The notes beneath the pieces are model-generated. The model had not been told where the DNA came from. It ran no database searches and was given only the letters and a program-made list of their open reading frames with translations. DNA of 64,000 nt. Origin: Podarcis muralis (taxonomy: Eukaryota). The number at the start of each line of letters is the position of its first letter. The stretch's first letter is position 1. Position numbers and translations under genes: made by a program. Below are positions 12,635 to 23,946 of the stretch, piece after piece. Location: NCBI RefSeq assembly GCF_964188315.1, contig NC_135658.1:75454001-75518000 (forward strand), in the 5' to 3' direction.

Positions 12635-14857
12635 TGTGGATATGGCTAGGTGTGTGTTCATCTGGGCCCTGCTAGGCCTACACATCCATTGCACTCAGCA
12701 ATTGTTTTATATTTTATGTACGCGGTAGAGCAGCCATGATGGATTAAAATGGATGTCACTACTCCCTGCCTGTCTCTGTCCCTTTGTGCACATTATTCTT
12801 CTTGTTGTTGTTGCTTTAGGTAATGGAGACATTTTGCCAGTGCTTCACTCCAGCCAGGCAAAAGCACATGAGGAGGGTACACAGCAGTGCCAGTGAGGGT
12901 TTGGCCTGGGGAGAGCCTGAGGGCCTGATAGCAAAACCTGGAGGGCCACATTCACACCAGTGCTCTATTGAGTGGCAGATATACCAAGCAATCAAAATTG
13001 GATGCAACCCTGCTTGATTTGGGGCTATTGTTTTGGGGGTTTTCTGAGGTACACGTTTGCATGATTGAGATCAAGAAGGGCAGACATACCGTACTAGAAG
13101 CTAAGCCCTTGAACCGTCAGTCATGGCCTGTGGGAGTCTGGTGTGTGGTCTGAAAGCCTGACAGCCTCCACCTATTCTCATTTTGCTTCATTCTAAGTTG
13201 GGCTAAACGTAATTGTTTAACAGACAGAAAATTTCATTTTTTTTTACTAAAGCCGACATCTGAGATATGCCAACATCTGTGCAATTGCATTAGGTTCTCT
13301 GCATGCATGCACATATTATTTTAGCTCTCCATATGCAGTCAAGTGGAAGTTCCCGGCCTCTTCAAATCTTCCTAGCTGGAAGGTTTGGCTACTGGCCTAG
13401 ATGGAAGACAGAAGACAAAGAACAATTTGTGACAGTTTTTCTCACTATCACCACCACTCTTTGGTAGTATCGCTTTGTGGTTGTTAGTGGTTCCTGAAAG
13501 ATTATCTAGTCTTACACTTTAGTGTTTACTTGTTAATGCAATTAATTAAGCAAATTTCTTGAATCCTAAATCAGGACATATTTGCCTTTTGTTACTGTGT
13601 GGACTTTCTGCATAGGGTCATTTTTTGTAACTAGGCAATACTCAGGTTCACCCATAGGTGGACCTTACGCAGAACTTGCATCATGTGTATGTTGCATATT
13701 TTCTGAACTTGTTTGTGTGTATGTTGCATATTTTCTGTTTGGTTAATGTCAGAAATCCCAGCTCTGACGTTCTGTTAATTCCAAACTAGTACAACAAACT
13801 GATAAGTATCCAGTGAAAGATCTGGCCAAGGTAAATTAATTGCACTAGAAACATTGATTTAAACCTATTTGCTTTCCTTAGCCCAGATCAGACTTGCTTA
13901 ACTTAGAGGAATGGAAGATAATCTTCTGTTGACAGAAGGCACCAAGATCTGACAGACACTCCCTGCTGGATGGATGGAAGGGAGATGATTTTTGCTGATT
14001 GCCCCTTGCCACTGGGCTGCTTTGGAGAGTCCCCCAGTTCTCCCTGGCAGATCTGTAGGGGGCACAGAGTGCTGAAGCCAGACAGGAGGGAAAAAATCAG
14101 TAAAAATCACCTTTCTTCCTTCTCTTTTGTGCAAGGAAAATTCTGCTGAGTACAAGTGTAGATCTAGCAACCCATTGCAAAAGAAATCGAACGCAATCAC
14201 TGAAGTACTAGCCCAGGGCACATCGAAAGCTCAGTTACAAGTCAAAACAAGCAAGCAAAAACCCAGACAACCCACATTTCCTTTTTCTACACTTTCCATT
14301 TTGAAGTGCAATATTGAAAGTAAGCATTCCAAGTCTGCATCTCAAATAGCTTGTAAATATTTTAATTGTTTTATCATTTGAATGCTTGCCGCACAGGCTC
14401 CTTTGGAAGGAAGGACAGGATATAAATTAAATAATAATAACAAATGAAGCCAAACTCTCATGGAAAACCTATGTTCTGAATCATGTTCCACTGGATTAAA
14501 TCTCCAGCAATAAATTGGATATGTTCAAGGACACTGTGGCCAATTTCTTGCCATCTTCATCTGTCAGCCTATCTATTTCCCACTGTTCCAAGTAATAACT
14601 AGCCTCTGCTTCTGCTCAGTGCCTTGCTGCTGGCCTGGAATTGAAAACTTCATTACCAAGGCAGGCTATTTTCAGGCAATTCTTCTGGTTGCTGCTTTTA
14701 TACAACCCAATGCACATTTTCTCAGCATATTTTTGCCTAGGCAGTAAGGTTTAATTAGAGTATATGAATTGACATAATAGAAATGATAGGAAATTTAGTC
14801 ACTTATTTAAAAGCATTTGTAAACCACTTAATATTTTAAATGTATCTAAGTAGTGTA

Positions 14858-14859
<2 letters not shown>

Positions 14860-14893
<34 letters not shown>
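14860..14893. repeat. (AC)n microsatellite
   Basis: Directly visible. Confidence 0.95.
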
Positions 14894-14895
<2 letters not shown>

Positions 14896-15043
14896 ATCAT
14901 TAAAACAAAAATACAACCGCATATAAAAACAAATAAATTCAACATATCAAACAAGGTCAAATATTTTGAGTCAGTGAAAGCCTGGGGGGAAAGATAATTT
15001 TTTACAAGATGTCTGAAGCAACATGATGGTTGCTGCTTCATGC

Positions 15044-15390
15044 AAAGGTAAAGGGTAAAGGGACCCCTGACCGTTAGGTCCAGTTGCGGACGACTCTGGG
15101 GTTGTGGTGCTCATCTCACTTTACTGGCTGAGGGAGCTTCCGAGTCATGTGGCCAGCATGACTCAGCTGCTTCTGGCGAACCAGAGCAGCGCATGGAAAC
15201 GCCGTTTACCTTCCCGCCGGAGCGGTATCTATTTATCTACTTGCACTTTTGCGTGCTTTCGAACTGCTAGGTTGGCAGGAGCAGGGACTGAGCAACGAGA
15301 GCTCACCCTGTTGCAGGGATTCGAACCGCCGACCTTCTGATTGGCAAGCCCTAGGCTCTGTGGTTTAGACCACAGCACCACCCGTGTCCC
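15044..15390 (-). mobile_element. Sauria SINE
   Basis: Same head, body and tail motifs as the copy at 12284. Confidence 0.9.
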
Positions 15391-16374
15391 GTGTGTATGG
15401 CAAAGCAAATGACATTACTGATAGTAACTCCAGCATATCCTTTCTTGGAAGCATTTTACACAGTACAAACCTAGGCTTGCTCACTCAAAACAGGGAACCA
15501 CAACCAGTCTCAGGTAATTCCACCTTTATAATGCATAGGTTTTCCAATGTTTATTTGCTCTGTGACAAGCAGCTGGTAGAGACTGCTGCATCATATATCT
15601 GTTGAACATCCATATCCCAGTGAGGAATGAAATCTCTTGCTAGGTGGCAGGAGCCTCTGTTCATGTCAGTGGAAAAGAGGGGCAGAGCAATGGGGCGGAG
15701 AGGGGTCAGCAAAGGGCACTATGTCACAGTGTACATTATGGCTTACACCATGCCCTGACCATGTGAGATGGACCAGGGTTCTAGTGTCATGGGCTGACCT
15801 CACTTCACTTCCACTTTACATTTCTTAAGTGTACACAGATAAAATTGAACAACCTGACCCTATGTACAGTTTCTACTATGCTCCTAGGCCTTACAGGTGA
15901 GATAGGAATGCACCGTTAGGTATAAATCTAAAAATATATATCATATGACCCATAGTATTTTCTTTCATTACATTTTTGTCCACTCTTCTTCCAAGGTGCT
16001 CAGCTCCCTGCAATTTGATCTTTACAACTGGTCTATGAAAAAAGTTAACCTGATGAGCAAAGACTTGAGCCTGAGTCTTCTCAATAGAATTCCAGTTCTT
16101 TAACCACCACACCACTTGGGCCAACAAGTTGAGACCTGAGTCAGACAATCAGAGACTCTGATCGTCAATGGACCATCTAGGATTGGGAGCACAGCCTGTT
16201 CTGGATGAGGTTGTACTCCCTCTGAAGGAGAAGGTCTGAGGCTTGGAAGTATGCCTGGTGCCAGCATTGCTCCCCGATGTTCCCTTGGCTGCTGGAGTCA
16301 GTAGTGCTTTTGCATCATTTGTCTCCCTTCTCATAGGAAAGAGAGATTGGCTGCAGAAGCACATGCCTACTATG

Positions 16375-16538
16375 CATAGCTGTTAACCTTCCCCCTTTTT
16401 TGCGGGAAATTCCCTATTCCAGCACCGTTTCCTGCTGCTTCCCGCTGCTATCCTGGAATCTTAGATATCCTGTAGACTGTCTCCGGGACAGGTGAGGCTG
16501 CTGATCCCTTATTTTCAAATCTTAAAGTTGACAGCTAT
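16375..16538. mobile_element. hAT MITE
   Basis: Imperfect TIRs catagctgttaacctt / aaagttgacagctatg; exact 8-bp TSD ctactatg (16367-16374 / 16539-16546). Confidence 0.8.
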
Positions 16539-16548
16539 GCTACTATGC

Positions 16549-17088
16549 ATAAGAAGAAGGGAGAAGGGCAATGACAGGCCTAGACAGCATCTTGAGAAGT
16601 AGAGACGTCACCTTGCCAACAAAGTTCCGTATAGTTAAAGCCATGGTTTTCCCAGTAGTGATGTATGGAAGTGAGAGCTGGACCATAAAGAAGGCCGATC
16701 GCCAAAGAATTGATGCTTTTGAATTATGGTGCTGGAGAAGACTCTTGAGAGTCCCATGGACTGCAAGAAGATCAAACGCATCCATTCTTAAGGAAATCAG
16801 CCCTGAGTGCTCACTGGAAGGACAGATTGTGAAGCTGAGGCCCCAGTACTTTGGCCACCTCATGAGAAGAGAAGACTCCCTGGAGAAGACACTGATGCTG
16901 GGAAAGATGAAGGGCAGAAGGAGAAGGGGGCGACAGAGGACGAGATGGTTGGATAGTGTTTTCGAGGTTACCAGCATGAGTTTGACCAAACTGTGGGAGG
17001 TAGTGGAGGACAGAGGTGCCTGGCGTGCTCTGGTCCATGGGGTCACGAAGAGTCGGACACGACTAAACGACTAAACAACAACAACAAC
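16549..17088 (+). mobile_element. BovB (RTE clade) LINE, 5'-truncated 3' end
   Basis: Uninterrupted 167-aa frame 16571-17074 (..VKAMVFPVVMYGSESWTIKK..FELWCWRRLLRVPWTARRSN..HGVTKSRTRLND) typical of the BovB ORF C-terminus. (CAA)n tail. 13-bp TSD atgctactatgca (16536-16548 / 17089-17101). Confidence 0.95.
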
Positions 17089-20000
17089 ATGCTACTATGC
17101 ACCTTGACTTCTGGATAAGCTTCATTTGCTGCCTCACCTTTCTCTAGCCCCAAAACCATTGCGAATCACATGACTGGAAAACTCTGTGATGCATATGCTA
17201 ACCTTTTTGCTGAATTGTCTTGAGGATGGGCCTTTGCTTCTGCCTCCATTTCAAAATGGTTCCTATGTTTAATCAGAGACTGTAATCAGAGTTGAGATAG
17301 CAGGGAGGAAAGTTTATATGAAGTATCTACCAAGGGTGATAATGGTTGCCCCTTTTTCTATTCCATCTAATCTCTTCACTTTTGCAAGTTGCATGTGGCT
17401 GAGGGCAACAGAATTACCAACCTGATTTCCAGCATCATGTTCTCCACAGGGAAAGTACAGGAAGTGCAAGACCTCCCCAAGGCATTATTTCATTTGCAGA
17501 GCAAATGCAGCTCATTAAAACTGATGTGGTGCTGGTGAGGCCATTGACGATACTGAACTCTCAGCACACACCTTTGAAATGGAATAAGTGAGGAAAAGAA
17601 CCTATTCTGATTAAAGGAGACAGTTTAAATGTCTTATCTGGTTAAATTGCGGTTTTATAAATTCCAAGAACCATAAGCTAATTTTTAATGGATGTTCAGC
17701 AAGATCAAAAACAAAAGCGTCAGTTTCAAAGCAGTGTTTTGCATCCACAAAATGCCTCCAGGAATGATTCCTCTTGAGTGTATGCACATTAAATTATGTC
17801 TGAAATGAGGCACCCTATCAGGGGCTTCAAAATGATCACAATTTTCCTCTAGAATCAGGTCCCACTAAGTATGAAAGCAGAAGTAAAGTGGGCTGCTACA
17901 TCCAGTTGTTAATAAAATCCAGACAGGCAGATAGCAAAAGGCAAGGCACCCACAGAGGACCTTCATTATGTAGTTTGCATCACATACTGAAGACACATCT
18001 CATTACCCTGACCTTAGACACTTAAGATATAGATATTTTAGGACCCACTCTGTTATTTTGATGCCCGGGACCAGATGTAATCAGATCAGCTTACATAGCA
18101 CCTTCAGGTACCAAAGGCTGCTGTAGAAAAGAACTGTGTTCTACGAGTTCCATTCAAGTGGTCTATATGGAAAGGTTAATCTGCATTTGAACGACCAAAC
18201 TAACTTACTCCCACCACCCCACTCAAATAATGGAGGTCAAGGTCATCAGCACTGGATTTTCCAAGCAAGCTAACAAGACCCTGGCATAAGGCCTATGATT
18301 TACATAATATGGTGCTGGTGTGGTCTATTTCTTCTCCACTACAAATTTTTCAGTTTAAGGACCCTTTTCAGCATCTTTCCCTTAGGGCTTTTGGTTTTCA
18401 TAATACAACACTTTTTTATGATAATACTGGTGCTGAAAAAAATAAAAAGTTCAGGTGGTCTGCCAAGACCTCCATAAATTTTCATGTGGTGGTCTACCAG
18501 AAGATAAAATAAGTTTGAGAACTACTACTGTAGAATTATTCTAAATTCCATGACCCTAGGGTACGTAATCACATTACAATTGATGTCACTGATCCAACAT
18601 TACCAAGTGGACTTCATGGCTGAATGGAGATTTGAACCCTGGTCTCCCAGATTGTAATCCAGCACTCTAAGCACCCACCACGGTAACTCTCTTACACATC
18701 TTGTGTCTAGCTAAAAAAAAAAAGGGGGGGGGAGATAGGACTTTAACAGGTCATAAACTGCTACAATTATATATTCAGTTTCTCCCTCATCGGTATCTTG
18801 CAAGATGCCAGCAGCACACCTTGTATGTACATTGTACATTCTGTTCTTGGGCAATCTAAATAGTGACCTGTGATTCACTCTGATCTTCTGGTAGATCCTG
18901 ACCTGCTAGTTAGTAATCCCTGGGTTTAAACCAAAAAAGCATTATGTAAAATTGCCTTTCCATTCATTGATAGCTTGGTTGATCTACAACCAATATGGAA
19001 TTATTGCATTTAGATAACTCAGTTGTACCAAGTTGACATATACCAGCTTAGGTAATGTCCAGCATATTAAAAAATGTTATGGTATCAATAGAGGCATCAC
19101 TTACTGAGGGCTCGATCACTCAGTGTCCCAATTTACATAAGAAGGAATGGTTTATTGGTACAACCTTGACTGAAGAAAGATTTAGGTATATTTTGTATAT
19201 TATTAATTTAAAAGATGTCTAGTCCACCTTTCAGCAGGACTCTGAGTGGTTTATAAGAACAAGATGAAATACAAAGTAAAATATAATGGCAAGTTAAGAA
19301 AGAAAACTAGGTGAAAATAATACATGAAAATGCTTGGGAGACTCAAAAGTATTTGCCTGGTACTGAAATTAAAACAGTGTTGGTGCCAGGTATTCCCTCT
19401 AGGGAGGGAATTTCACATACAGAACATTCTCTCATTGATCACCACCCACAATAACCTCTGTTCCTGGGCAGGTTGGTGTAGGATCAAGCATTCCTTCTGG
19501 GAAGTGGATCCTAAGCTGTACAGCCAGGTTTGAGAAATTTTTGACCTGTCAAATATTGATGATCTACAACTCCCATCTGCCCTAGCAAGCATGGCCAATG
19601 GCCATGGATTATGGAAAATGTAGCTCAACAAAAGCTGGAGAACCAATGGGTCCCCACTCCTACGGCATAAAATGGATGAACAGATTTTTCAAGTTTCTTA
19701 CTGTATCTGAGATTATACTGTAAATTCTACAGTATTGGTGTAGAAAACAGAAGTATTGCTTAACGTATCGGGTACAGTGTAGAGGGTGTGGAAGAAGGGA
19801 GGTTGAATTGTACAAAAATCACACACCTTTCCATTCATCTCTGAACCGCCTCTTTTGAATAATTTAAAACGATTTGCTTCCTGTCGTTTTCTATATTTTA
19901 AAAAATAAAATAAGTTTTAAAAAGTGACTTCAACAATCAATAATTATGTACCAGCTTTGAATGATCACTGATGGCATTTTTGTTATCCGGCACACATTTT

Positions 20001-20339
20001 ACTGTTAATATTCTTTATTGAATTTCAATTGAGTACTGATATTACACAGAGGCTGGTTTTTATGTCCAGCGCATTTTATCTAAAGTAGAGATGTGTCTGA
20101 AAGGGCTGCATATTGATTTATAGCACTGGCGTGTTGCATATTGCAATGCTTTCGAATATAAAGAACGTTTTAAAGATTCTGCATGGCAGAATTTATGGGA
20201 CTTTGCAATAGAATGGTGAATATATATACAACTGTTACCTTGCTTTCTTTAGGGACATTTTCCTTCCGCCTTTAGTCGTCCATCCCCAAGATCTTTCAGA
20301 AACGTTCATTCTGTATATTCTTCTTCTCGGAGACTTGGC

Positions 20340-20612
20340 TAATGCGTAGTTGAAATCGTTGTGCGCCAAGCGCCGAGCAGGGAGCAATTACTTCCTGAAT
20401 GAAAGCGCAGCGTGGCGCTTAATGAGACAACGAGGAGCCTGCGAGGTGCTGATTGGCTCTTCTTCCGAGGGGAAGTTTGTTACAAATAAAGATGCTTCTC
20501 GAGTTCGGGAAAGTCAGACAAAAGCCGACCAGCAACGCGGCTGCCTCGTGGGCTTGGACTGAAGATGCAGAAACTGTGTCAGAGAAAGCCCAGCCTGTCT
20601 CGGCCGCTGAAA
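20340..20612 (+). promoter_or_regulatory. NMS: Probable NMS promoter/5' UTR (locally CpG-rich)
   Basis: CpG enrichment immediately upstream of the NMS signal-peptide ATG; TSS not determinable. Confidence 0.5.
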
Positions 20613-23600
20613 ATGAAACGGCACGCGCCTCCCTTCCCCTTGATCTTCGTTATCTACTGCGTTTGCACCGCACGATTCACCTCAGGTAGGAGCCGCGTTC
20701 CCCACAATGTGTATTATTTTAGATACTTAAGACTTTTTATACAGCGTCCTTCATTATGTCTATGGATGGACGATCTGGAAAGTTTACAGCAGATCTGGGA
20801 AAAATGGAAGAAATGCTTCGCAGGTTTCCTGTCCGTCTAACGAGAGGTTTCTTGGTTGTAAGCCAAGCTTACTTCTAAGAGGAAACTTGCCCAGCAATCT
20901 TGCGCATGAGCGAGTCAGAATCTACTGCTGTAGCAAGTAAACAAAAAAAAGGGGGCTTCCTTTAACTTTTACTAATCTGGCTCAGTCTTTAAGAAATGAG
21001 CAGTAGCTTCCCCACGCGCACAACTCAACGGCGGTTTTTGCGTGAAGTGGAAGAATCCTCGCCTGTGGAGGGAGGGAGCATTTGGGAAGTTTTCCTAATC
21101 TAGTAGTAATCTAAGAGTAAGAAGGCTACGAGCTTTTGCCACAGTGGATTAGGGTTTCCACCGGGGTCTTTCTCCTGAAAGAGGAGGAAAGTTGTAAATG
21201 GAAGAGCGGCCAATCACTTAAATAGGAGAAGCAGAAGTTAGAGCCTGCAAAATTTCTCTCTAGATGAAGCTCCACGTGGTCAAGGGGGTTTGTTTTTAAT
21301 AGTACAGTTAAAAGGATCCGGAGACGGTTCAGAAGCTCCAGCACCTGCGGTGCTCTCCAAGGTGCTGAAACGAGGATGACCGTCCCGTCTCTTTATAAAA
21401 CGTGTTGTATTTAGCACAAAGCCTGAGGAAACGTAGGTATCGGGACACAGATTTAAAATAAAACTTAAGCGTGTGTGAATTGTGAGAAGGGTGGTAATAA
21501 ATAGATGTTAGGCTGGTGTGTGTGTGTGTGTGTGTCTGTTTTCTCTGTGAGAAAACTATGTCCAGTTTCATCGTCATCTATTTATGCCATTCTGATCTAC
21601 CGACTATTTTTAAAAAAAACTAATCAAAAGAGGCTAATTATCACTGTACTGTGTAATAAGTTTTTAAAAATGTGCACATACACACTCAAAGAGTCAACCG
21701 AATACAGTACTACAATTCTCTTAAGTGCCTTCTGTTGGACTTGCCCTGTCTTTCTTTAGATCTTTATGCAATTAAGGCCCGTTAATTAAACCCATGCTGT
21801 AGTGTATCTAATGCTCTCTTACTGTTTCACTTTAACAGGATTTCCACAGCCCTTTGATGACTATCTAGGCGAATCAGACATTCCTAAAAGCAAGGTATGC
21901 AAACTTTTAAATAAATTTCCATGCCTGTGCTTGGAACACCTATCCCTGAATTCTACCGCTATTATAGAGGGAAGACAGCCTGGTATATGCCTGATGCATG
22001 TAACAAGAACAATTGGTTGCTGCGTCCCCATGTTCACTGTAGGAACAAAATCTGTTGATCTAGTGTATATATAAGCTAAAGAAAATCTTCAAAAATGTTG
22101 CCAATATAATAAACTTTCCGATTTCTCTACCCCACTCCCTCCACTTCTGATTTAGAGACTAGCATGGTGTTTCTGTCAGTAGATGTCTGAACAACCCCAT
22201 GCAAAAATAAGTTGTAATAAATTTTCAGTGGTGTAGATTAGGGGTTTTCAAAGTTTCTATCCCCGGGGCAGACATGAAAGGGTTTGAGGCCCACCAGTCA
22301 CAAAATGGAGGTGTTGTGAGCAGTGGATGGAAGCAGAGTTTGACATAAACACGACTGACATACTTTTATTCTGATACGTAATCACTCTTTGTGGTGGCAG
22401 GGAGTTTCATAGTTCACCATTACTCAAACTAAATAAAGACTCTGGAGTGTGATCCTGTCAGCACATCATGTCTCTGCTCAAACATCTGCACTGGCCACTG
22501 ATATGTTACCAGGCCAAATTCAAGGTGTTATTAGTCTATAAAAGCTTCATTAGCTTGGAACCAGTTTACTTGGGGAAAAAACACCTTATCCTTTATGGGC
22601 CCACTAGACCACCTTGATCTGTTAGAAGTTGCACTTTTAATGTTTTGTTTGACTCTTGCGGCAGCATTCTAAATTAAATAAAAATTAATTTTATGGCCAC
22701 AATCAGACATGGTGATTTTATATCAAAACAACTGCAAAATATGTAATGCTTGACTAACTATGTTTGAAAATAATGTATATTAGAATGATTTTTTAAATTG
22801 ATGTTTGTATAATTACCTCTTTTTTATTATTATTTGCTTCAAACACATCAATAATTAGTTTAAGCTATTTTTGTCTTCTAGATCTGCCGTTCTGTTATGG
22901 ATCTTTGTAACTCCATGTTTAATGGCATGCAGATAGATGAGGTATGATCCGATTCTTTCTTTTCTCTGAAAACTCTGTCACAGTATTTATGTAGTTAAGT
23001 AATCATCTATCCTCATGTAATCTGATATGCTTCTCCTCACTAGGAAAATAATCAGGAAATATATAAAAGAGTAAGTATTTACCTTTCTTTATAATATGCA
23101 CAATACCTGTTTTTCGTTAAATAATGCAACATACTAAAATAGCTCTTTCTATGCAGTTTTTATTTCACTACTCCAGAGCTCAAGATCCAACATATCCACT
23201 TAAAACCGGGGTTAGTATTTTAACATAAGCATATTTTATATTTTATAGATCACAACATACAAAATAGTATAGAACAGTATATAAAATCTTTCACGTGCCT
23301 TGAGTGTATTTATTAGCAATGCAAGTCTATGCATGTCTGCTTGGAATTAAGACCCATTGAAACCAATGGTGCTTATTACAAAGGATTTGTGCATAGGATT
23401 GCAACTCAAGTCCACAAAGGGCAGGCTGAACCTTAAGCCAGGCAAATAATGTCAAATAAGATTTATCTCACATCTGGACCATACATTTAAATCGCTCTCA
23501 TACCTCTTCAACAGTCCAGGCTTCCCCCAAAGAATCATGGGAACTGTAGCTGTCTGAGAGGTGTCCTAACAATTCTCAGGACTCTTACAGTTCCCAGTAA

Positions 23601-23900
23601 TCTTTGAGGGAAGTCATGATGGTAAAAGTGGTATAAGAGTGCTTTAAATGTACAGTGAGGAAGTTACCAGGATCTGAAAAAATCTTGCAACTAGATTCAT
23701 AACTGCCCGGTGGGGTTTTAGACAGCCACCAATGGCACACACTCCCTTCAGTGTAACATGGGAACCATCTATCAAAGAGGGAGGGATGAAAATCCATTAG
23801 CCTAATACAACCCTCTCTTTCAAACAGTTAGTGAATGACTTTAGCCACAAAAAGCCTTAGCAACGACTTTATGAAATATTATATTATATTATTATTATTA

Positions 23901-23946
<46 letters not shown>

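Noticed and set aside
16543-17046. 167-aa antisense ORF over BovB, and the many 60-120 aa ORFs over SINEs and MITEs
   Set aside because: By-products of repeat sequence.
20565-20612. In-frame upstream ATG adding 16 aa to NMS
   Set aside because: Homology to the NMS signal peptide starts at 20613; use of the upstream ATG depends on an unknown TSS.
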